Below are positions 20,091 through 27,506 of a DNA stretch of 27,506 bases, piece after piece; position 1 is the stretch's first letter; each line of letters opens with the position of its first letter. Where the stretch lies: positions 1-27,506 of the forward strand of contig JAQGDQ010002465.1 in the NCBI GenBank assembly GCA_030141605.1, given 5' to 3'. Made by a program: the position numbers and the translations under genes. The notes under the pieces are model-generated. The model ran no database searches. It saw only the letters and a list, made by a program, of their open reading frames with translations, and was not told where the DNA came from. The DNA is from Tubiluchus corallicola (lineage: Eukaryota > Animalia > Priapulida).

Positions 20091-20634
20091 TAAGATTACC
20101 CATTATTCCAATATATGGGAGGTTTCTATACTCTTGTTTAAAGTCTAATCCATACCCTAATACAAATTCATCTTCAATATCATACCCCACATACTGAACA
20201 TCTACATCAACTTCTCTCCTAGCTTTTTTATTTAAAAAAGTACATAGTGAAACTTTATTAGGACTTCTATTTCCAAGTAATTTAAGTACCTTTTTTAAAG
20301 TTAAACCTGAATCAATAATATCTTCAACTACTAATACATTTTTGTTCATAATATTTTCATCAAGATCTTTTATTATTTTAACTTCCCTAGATGTTTCAAA
20401 CTCATTTCCATAGCTAGAAATAACCATAAAATCAATCTTTAATGGAAGATCTATAGATCTAACTAGGTCTGCTGTAAACAAAATAGAGCCCTTAAGTAAG
20501 CAAATAACAATTAGTTCTTCTTCCTCATCTTTAAAGTCAGCAGTAATTTCTTCTCCTAGCTCCTGTATTCTTCTTTTTATATCTTCTTCTGAAAGAAGAG
20601 GACGTTTTATACATGACTTCCATTCTGCATTCAT
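20080..20634 (-). CDS. hpt: Hypoxanthine phosphoribosyltransferase
   Basis: LKGS..F.ADL, SSY, VLVVEDIIDSGLTL, FVLGYGLD..YRNLPYIG. ATG 20634 follows GGAGGG. Confidence 0.96.
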   Translation of the reverse strand: MNAEWKSCIKRPLLSEEDIKRRIQELGEEITADFKDEEEELIVICLLKGSILFTADLVRSIDLPLKIDFMVISSYGNEFETSREVKIIKDLDENIMNKNVLVVEDIIDSGLTLKKVLKLLGNRSPNKVSLCTFLNKKARREVDVDVQYVGYDIEDEFVLGYGLDFKQEYRNLPYIGIMGNLNDQ

Positions 20635-20669
20635 AGCTAAGTCCCTCCACATTTAAATATAATTAAAGC

Positions 20670-20698
20670 ATTCTATCATGACTAGGTAACATTATCAA
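20670..20698 (-). promoter_or_regulatory. Sigma70 promoter of hpt-rsmA-trmD operon
   Basis: Minus strand TTGATA (20698-20693), 17 nt, TAGAAT (20675-20670) with extended TG. Confidence 0.7.
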
Positions 20699-20760
20699 GA
20701 AAAATAGCATTTAAAATATATAAATTATATATGTAATATTTTAATGTTATAAAACTTTAA

Positions 20761-21102
20761 TTAAGACCGTAACGGGCCTATTGGTTCTCCTGCTAAAATA
20801 TGAAAATGTAGATGAAATATCTCTTGCCCTCCGTAACGATTACAGTTAGATATAACCCTATATCCATTTTCATTTATATCTAATTTTTTTGCAATTTTTT
20901 TTATAACTATAAAGATTTCACCTATTAAATTTTTATCTTTTTCTACTATTTCATTTATACTAATGATTTCTTTTTTAGGTATTACCAATATATGTATAGG
21001 TGCAACAGGATTTATATCTTTAATTGCAATAATTCTTTCATTTTCAAAAATAATATCTGCAGGGATCTCTCTATTAATAATTTTTGTAAATAATGATGGC
21101 AT
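20761..21102 (-). CDS. Histidine triad (HIT/HinT) nucleotide-binding protein
   Basis: LFTKIINREIPA, DINP.APIHILVIPK, GQEIFHLHFHIL. ATG 21102 follows AAGGAGG. Confidence 0.95.
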   Translation of the reverse strand: MPSLFTKIINREIPADIIFENERIIAIKDINPVAPIHILVIPKKEIISINEIVEKDKNLIGEIFIVIKKIAKKLDINENGYRVISNCNRYGGQEIFHLHFHILAGEPIGPLRS

Positions 21103-21150
21103 TTTCTCCTCCTTAAACATTTTTCAAACCAATAATAGACTCAACAAATA

Positions 21151-21578
21151 CTATTTTTCAATGCTATTTATTCTATTTATATGTCTATCTATTTGGCTAA
21201 ATTCTGTATTTAAAAAAGTGTCCACTATATTAATTGCTAAATCTACTCCTATACCTTTAGCTCCTAAAGCTAAAACATTTGCATCATTATGTTCTCTAGT
21301 TAATCTTGCCATCCAAGAATTATAACAAAGTGCACACCGTATTTTAGGTACCTTATTGGCTGAAATCGAAATGCCTACACCTGTACTACAAATGACTATT
21401 CCAAAGCAGCTTCTTGTTTGACCATAGTTCCTACTTCTTTTCCATATAAAGGATAATCAACAGATACGTTTGAATTTGTTCCAATATCAAATATTTTAAT
21501 ATTTTGTTTTTTTAAATGATTTTTTATAATTTCTTTTAGCTCAAATCCTCCATGATCAGCTCCAATAGCTATCTTCAT
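21151..21578 (-). CDS. rpiB: Ribose-5-phosphate isomerase B (one apparent 1-nt deletion near 21406)
   Basis: MKIAIGADHGG...VDYP, then in another frame FGIVICSTGVGISISANKV, REHNDANVLALGA, RH..R, TAG at 21153-21151. Restores to 142 aa. Confidence 0.95.
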
Positions 21579-21586
21579 TTTTCCTC

Positions 21587-21895
21587 CTAACTAATAAATA
21601 TTTTATCTTTTAGTATTTTTTTTAATTCTAACTTTTCATTACTAGTAATTTTTTTGCATTCAATTTCATTATCAGGTAAAAAATCTACTATTATTTTTTT
21701 TATATTAGCTATATATTTCTCTTCTGTGTAAATTTCTACTTCTATTTTTTTTTGCATACTAGGCATATTTGATTCATCATAATTATAAATTTCTATAATT
21801 TTAGTATTTGAAGTAATTTTTTTATTTGTTATTTTTTTAATTATTTTTTTTACTATTTTTCTATTTACATCTGAAAATTGCAATAAAGTGTCCAC
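21587..21895 (-). CDS. Hypothetical protein, possibly divergent CutA/PII-like fold
   Basis: ~102 aa ORF. GTG 21895 follows GAGGTG (the track starts at 21904). Its stop overlaps the rpiB RBS. Fold guess is by eye only. Confidence 0.65.
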   Translation of the reverse strand: MDTLLQFSDVNRKIVKKIIKKITNKKITSNTKIIEIYNYDESNMPSMQKKIEVEIYTEEKYIANIKKIIVDFLPDNEIECKKITSNEKLELKKILKDKIFIS

Positions 21896-22283
21896 TATTT
21901 TCACCTCAATGATTATTTAAAACAACAAAATTAGTAACTAACTATATAAATTTATATTGCTAATATCACATTATATCACATGAATTTTAATAAAAACTAT
22001 AAAGTTTATTCATAATTAGTTAATAATAATTATTTATTATTTCTAGATCCCTTTAATCTTTTTAATTTTATATTTGTGTTACTGTGGCCTTACCGTCTAT
22101 AGTAGTTGATTTATTAAATTTTTTAATTTACTTAGAGTTTTTTTTTAATATTTATAAAAAAATAATTTTAGTAAACATATGTTAATTATAAACTTATTAC
22201 GTAAAATTTTAATAATTTATATACAATTTATATTAGTATTGTGATAAAATATATTATGTAACTTGTACTGTTGTGGAGGAAAA

Positions 22284-23683
22284 ATGAAAGATATATTATT
22301 AAAAAAACTACCAAAAGTTAATGATTTGTTAAATGATAAAGATATATCAACTTTAAAGGGGATTTCCCATGATAAACTAGTTATTTCAATAAGAGAAGCT
22401 ATTAATTTTTTTAGAAATCAAATTTTAAATAATGAAATAAATGATTTTGAAGTTATTCAAATAAAAAGTATGATTTTTGAAAAAATTGAAGACAATATAA
22501 ATAATTTTAACTTAAAAACAGTAATAAATGCAACTGGTACAATTTTACACACTAACTTAGGTCGAGCAGTGTTATCAAAAAAAGCTATTAATAATGTCGT
22601 TAACATTGCTTCAAATTATAACAATTTAGAGTACTCAATAAAAAGTGGAAAAAGAGGAAGTAGATATGAACATATTGAAAAAAAAATAGCACATTTTGTA
22701 AACAGTGAATCTTCACTTATTGTTAATAATAATGCTGCTGCAGTATTTTTAATATTAAATGAATTTGCAAATGGTAAAGAAAGTATTATTTCTAGAGGTG
22801 AGCTTATTGAAATAGGTGGATCCTTTAGAATACCAGATATTATGGAAGCTAGCAATTCTAATTTAATAGAAGTGGGTACTACAAACCGAACTCATATTGA
22901 AGATTATGAAAAAGCTATCAATTCAGAAACAAGGGTCGTATTAAAAGTACACACCTCAAACTATAAAATAGTTGGATTTACCAAGGAAGTAGAAAAAAAA
23001 GAAATTGCAGATCTGATTAAAAATCATAATTATACATCTAAAGAAAAAATCACATTTGTTGAGGACCTTGGAAGTGGAGCACTAATTGATTTTCAGAAAA
23101 ATGGCTTATCAAAAGAAAGCATTGTTAGTGAAAGTATCGAAAAAGGAGTTGATCTAGTTACTTTTAGCGGAGATAAGTTACTTGGAGGCCCCCAAGCTGG
23201 CATAATTGTAGGAAAAGAAAAGCTTATTAAAAGGCTTAAACAAAATCCTTTAACAAGAGTGCTTAGAGTTAGCAAGCTTACAATAGCTGCTCTTGAAGGC
23301 ACATTGGATGATTACACTAGTGATAAAAACGCAATTAAAAATATTCCAACTTTAAATATGATTTTTAGTGACTTAGAACACATTAAATCTAAAGCTGTAA
23401 ATTTTTACACAAAATTAGAAAAAAATCATTTAGAAAATTATTTATATGAAGTTATAAGGTCAAAATCTACAATAGGTGGCGGATCAATGCCTACTGTAGA
23501 GCTTGACACTTATGGAATCAAAATAAAGCATAACTTGTTATCTCTAAAGATTTAGATAATAAGTTTAGAACTAGTAAAATATCTATTATTACAAAAAAAG
23601 TAGGTCATTTTTTATTTTTAGATTTCAGAACCATATTTGAGCGTGATTTCGATTGCATAATAGAAGCGATGAAAAAAATATAG
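22284..23683 (+). CDS. selA: L-seryl-tRNA(Sec) selenium transferase (one apparent 1-nt deletion near 23546-23548)
   Basis: VINATGTILHTNLGRA, VNNNAAAV, SRGELIEIGGSFRIPD, EVGTTNRTH, PLP lysine FSGDKLLGGPQAG. The C-terminus ...LDFRTIFE... is in another frame to TAG 23681-23683. Restores to 466 aa. Confidence 0.96.
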
Positions 23684-23692
23684 GAGCTATAG

Positions 23693-25622
23693 ATGAAAAA
23701 TATTGTTATTGGAACAGCAGGTCATATAGATCACGGAAAAACAACACTCATTGAGAATTTGACAGGAAAAAATACTGATACTTTACCTGAGGAAAAAAAA
23801 AGAGGTATCTCAATTAATTTAGGTTTTATATATGACAATAAACAATTTAAATTATGGGATAATTGACGTTCCAGGACATGAAAAGTTTGTAAAAAATATG
23901 CTTGCAGGAGCAAAGGGTATAAATATGTTTCTCTTAGTTATTGCAGCAGATGATGGTATTATGCCTCAAACAAAAGAACATTTTGATATATTGCAGCTAT
24001 TAGGAATAACAAAAGGCATTATAGTACTTACTAAGATAGATTTAGTTTCAAAAGATAAACTAGAAAAAGTTGAAAAAGAAATAAAAAATTTTCTTAAAGA
24101 AAATAAATTACAAAACTTAAAAATAGTAAAAACCTCTATAAATAACAAAGATAGCCACTTTAAATTAAAAGAAAGTATATACAATAAAAGTCTAGAATTT
24201 ATTGATACAGAGGAAAAAAATAAAGAATTTAAAATGTTTGTAGATAGATCTTTTTTTATGCAAGGTCACGGAACAGTAATTACAGGAACTGTTCTTGAAG
24301 GTGAAGTAGAGTTAGGCAGCAATCTTGAAATATATCCTCAAAAAAAACTTATAAGAGTGAAGAGTTTACAACAACATGGGAAAAATGTAAAAAAAATAGT
24401 CAGTGGAAATAGATGTGCTATTAATATTTCGAGTCTATCATATAAAGAAATAAAAAGAGGAGATCTTATTGCTTCCCCTAAAACAGTTTTATTCAATAGC
24501 TATATTGATTGTAAGTTTTTTTACTTAAAATCAAATAAAAAGGAACTGAAAAACCTGTCAAGATTCAGATTTTACTATGGAACCAAAGAATATTTAGGAA
24601 GAATAAAAATTTATGAAAAGAAAGATATTAAACCAGGAGAAACAGCTTTAGTTCAGTTAATGTTAGAAATACCTATACCTGTAATAGCAAATGACAAAGG
24701 AATTATAAGATCTTATTCCCCCATCTCAACTATAGGTGGAGTTAAAATTTTAAACATTAGCGGAAAAAATATCAAAAAAAATGATAAAAATTATATTGAT
24801 ACTTTAAAAAAATATTCACAAAGTTCATTTAAAGAAAAAATTGAAGTTTATATTTTAAAAAATAGCCATGTCTTTCCTAATATAAATGACATATATATGA
24901 ATGTAGGAAAAGAGGTTAATATAAACACATATATAAAAGAGTTAATAAAAGATGAAAAAATATATGAATTAAATAACTACTCTAATAAATTTTTTATTCA
25001 TAAACATTATTTAAAAAATTTACAAAGTAATTTACTTAATATTTTAGATAGCTATCATAAGAGCAATCCTTTACAAAGTGGGATAAAAAAGCCAGAACTA
25101 AAACGACTGCTTTTTAAAGACAACTTTGATCATAAGTTGTTTATAGAAATTTTAAATTATTATGAAAATAATAAAATTATTAAAAGCTTTAAAAACTATA
25201 TAGCTATTTATAATTTTCAAATAAACTTAAATGAGCCTCAAATAAAAATTTATAATAAAATAAAGTCCATGTATAATAATTCGCAGTCTAAGTCATTAAA
25301 AGTGTCAAGTGTAACAAATGAAATTAAAGATCATAAAAATTTAAATATGGTTTATAACTTAATGATTGATAGCGGAGAGCTAAAGGTATTAGATGAAAAT
25401 GTATCTTTCCTAAAATCTCATTTAAAAGAAAAAATTAATTTAATAATTAATTATCTAAAAGTTAATAAAAAGATAGAGGTTGGAGAAGCTAGGGATCTAC
25501 TAAATACAAATAGAAAGGTTGCAATATCTATTTTAGAATATTTAGATAAAAAGTTTATAACAAAAAGAATAGATAATCATAGGGTGCTTATAAGCAGTGA
25601 TATGAGCAAATTTTTTAAATAA
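23693..25622 (+). CDS. selB: Selenocysteine-specific elongation factor (frameshift near 23827-23833)
   Basis: ATG 23693 gives [14 protein letters not shown]...[13 protein letters not shown]. The ORF from 23832 has [19 protein letters not shown] and C-terminal winged helices (RK..I.ILEYLD...T.R....R). Confidence 0.96.
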
Positions 25623-25634
25623 TTAGGTGAAAGT

Positions 25635-26596
25635 ATGAAAAGTATATTTATAATCGTAATTCTTTTATTAATATCTTGCAGTAATGAAACAGTAAATAGT
25701 AAAGAAGAAATTGATCAAAAAAACAAGGAAGACATGAAGAAAAAATTAGAAAAAGAAGTTGACAATAAAGAAATTGTTGAGGTAAATGAAAATTTAACCC
25801 CTAATAATACAGAATTTTTGACAATAGAAAAGCTATCTCAAGAAAATAATTTAAAAAGTAATCAAAATGAGATAGTTTTATCTCAAGAAGATCCTCCAAA
25901 TAAATCTAAAGAAATACAAGAAACGAAGGATAGTAAAAATGATGTTGAATCTATCATTACAAAAGGTACAAAAGACGGTATTTATAGCAACATAAATCCT
26001 GATTATCGTATAAAATGGAAGATACCTGAATTTGAAGGTGATTTAAATTTTGTTAGTTTTGAATTAAATGATTTTTTAAAAGAACATGAAAATAATTTAG
26101 TTAGGAAAATAAATAATCTGAGAATAAATGGAGAAGATAATACTGATATTTTTCCATTTGAAATGTATGGAAGCTACAGAATTTTTGATGATCATTTTAG
26201 AATATTATCAATAAAGTATGACATTATAAAAAACACAGGAGGTATAACTAGTGAAAGCTACTCAAAAGTGTATAATTTAGATAGAATAAATAATAATGCT
26301 ATTTCTTATAATTCACTATTTCCCAATACTAAAAACCCCAAAGATTATATAACAAATATTGTTAATAAAGAAATAGTAAAAAATCAAAATCTTTCTTATA
26401 AAAATCCAAATAAAATAAATTTTTACGAGGATATAAACTATGCATTTAACGACTTAATTTACTATTTTAAAGAAAAACATATGGTTATCGAAATATCAGA
26501 AGGAGTTATCGCTCCATATAAAGAAGGAAAAATAATTTTGAAATAAAATATTCAGAAATAAAAGATGATTTTAATATTAATTATCTAGATAAATAA
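25635..26596 (+). CDS. Lipoprotein with DUF4163/DUF3298 (RsiV/PdaC-like) domain (apparent 1-nt deletion near 26536-26539)
   Basis: Lipobox LISC, charged low-complexity linker, TGG motif, IAPYKEG. Continues FEIKYSEIKDDF...* in another frame to TAA 26594-26596. Confidence 0.78.
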
Positions 26597-26617
26597 TATT
26601 TTAAAGAGGTGGTAAAA

Positions 26618-27344
26618 TTGAATAAACTATCAGTATTATTTTTGTTAATTATATTTTTAAATTCATGTTCATCAACAGCTAATCAAAGCAATACCATTGA
26701 AGCTAAAGATGTTAAAGAAGTAGAAATAAAGAATCCAGACATAGCTTTAGAAATATTTCAGAAATATATGAAATAAATTGGGAGCTACCAGAAGAATATG
26801 ACGATGAAGCTATAAAAAGAATAAAAAAAGATTTAAAAACACTTGAATTAGAAACTATAGAAATTGCAGAGCTATTTAGTAGAGAGTTTCCTGATTCTGC
26901 ACTTTTTCCTTATATTTTAAAAGGAGAGTTTAAGTTACATAATAAAATAGATGCTGTAAGTCATTAGTTTATTCATATTACTTATATACTGGCGGTGCAC
27001 ATGGCAATCTATTTTTACATAGCTACAACTATGATACAGAGCATAACTATTATTTAGCTATTGAAGATATATTTAATAATTCAGTAGAAGATGTCCCAAA
27101 GCTTTTAACAGATATGCTATGGCTCAAAATACCTAAAGAAAAGTTATATGAGGATACTACAATAGAAGATTTAGAGAAAGCAATAAGAGATAAAACTTAT
27201 GTTTTTTATTTTAATGAAAAAGGAAATTTAGAGATATCTTTTGATCTATATACAATAGGCCCATATTCATCAGGAATAATAACTATTGATTTAGATAGTG
27301 CTATTGGTCCTTATATTAATTCTCAATACAGAAAAAGTATATAA
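26618..27344 (+). CDS. Second DUF4163/DUF3298 lipoprotein (two apparent 1-nt deletions near 26751 and 26958)
   Basis: GAGGTGG RBS, TTG start, lipobox LNSC. Middle frame YEINWELPE...LFPYILKGEF. Last frame YTGGAHG...FYF...F..Y.IGPYSSG. Restores to 242 aa. Confidence 0.8.
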
Positions 27345-27377
27345 TAACATTATTTTAATAAATAAAAAGCAAGGTAG

Positions 27378-27506
27378 TGAACTTGTCCTTGTCAAGTAAA
27401 CAGAAAAGTAAAAACACTATTTTAGGCTATAGCTTCGTACTCTTTCGGACTGTAGCCTTTTAATTTCAGATGAACTTCCTCTTTCTTTAGACAAGTATGA
27501 AATGAT
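27378..27506 (-). mobile_element. IS3-family insertion sequence end(s), partial
   Basis: Terminal TGAACTTGTCCTTGTCAAGTAAACAG at 27378 resembles IS3/IS150-group inverted repeats. Minus strand encodes KLKGYSPKEYEAIA* (stop 27424-27422), typical of an IS3 OrfB C-terminus. A second TGAACT...TAGACA end starts at 27471. Confidence 0.78.

Noticed and set aside
21215-21898. 14-nt direct repeat AAAGTGTCCACTAT in rpiB and at the start of the upstream hypothetical gene
   Set aside because: Only two copies, both explained by coding or start context, with no mobile-element features.
21905-22283. tRNA-Sec (selC) or riboswitch in the spacer upstream of selA
   Set aside because: No cloverleaf, UCA anticodon arm or GC-rich stems. 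The region is almost entirely A/T.

Overview
Very AT-rich, mostly core-genome window from a probable Fusobacteriota (Fusobacteriaceae-like) bacterium. The assignment rests on the L27 sequence ([24 protein letters not shown]) and the hpt-rsmA-DUF4911-khpA-rimM-trmD order without rpsP. In order: a 5'-truncated hypothetical gene and glycerate kinase; a candidate ~84-nt sRNA; rplU-prp-rpmA-obgE-pgeF-nagA; a CIRCE-controlled hrcA-grpE-dnaK-GNAT-ogt-dnaJ cluster; a lone trpD and an esterase; a convergent minus-strand hpt...trmD-sanA-gamma-carbonic anhydrase-SPOUT methyltransferase-lipoprotein operon; HIT, rpiB and a hypothetical gene; selA-selB followed by two DUF3298/DUF4163-type lipoprotein genes; and IS3-family ends at the right edge. 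About ten 1-2 nt indels break eight genes (rplU, dnaJ tail, trpD x2, rpiB, selA, selB, both DUF3298 genes) and are most likely sequencing or assembly errors. The most interesting signal is the promoter- and terminator-bounded candidate sRNA at ~1801-1884. Its C-rich linker is perfectly complementary over 17 nt to the ribosome-binding site of the gamma-carbonic-anhydrase gene 15 kb away. No CRISPR array, tRNA, rRNA, prophage or defence system was seen.
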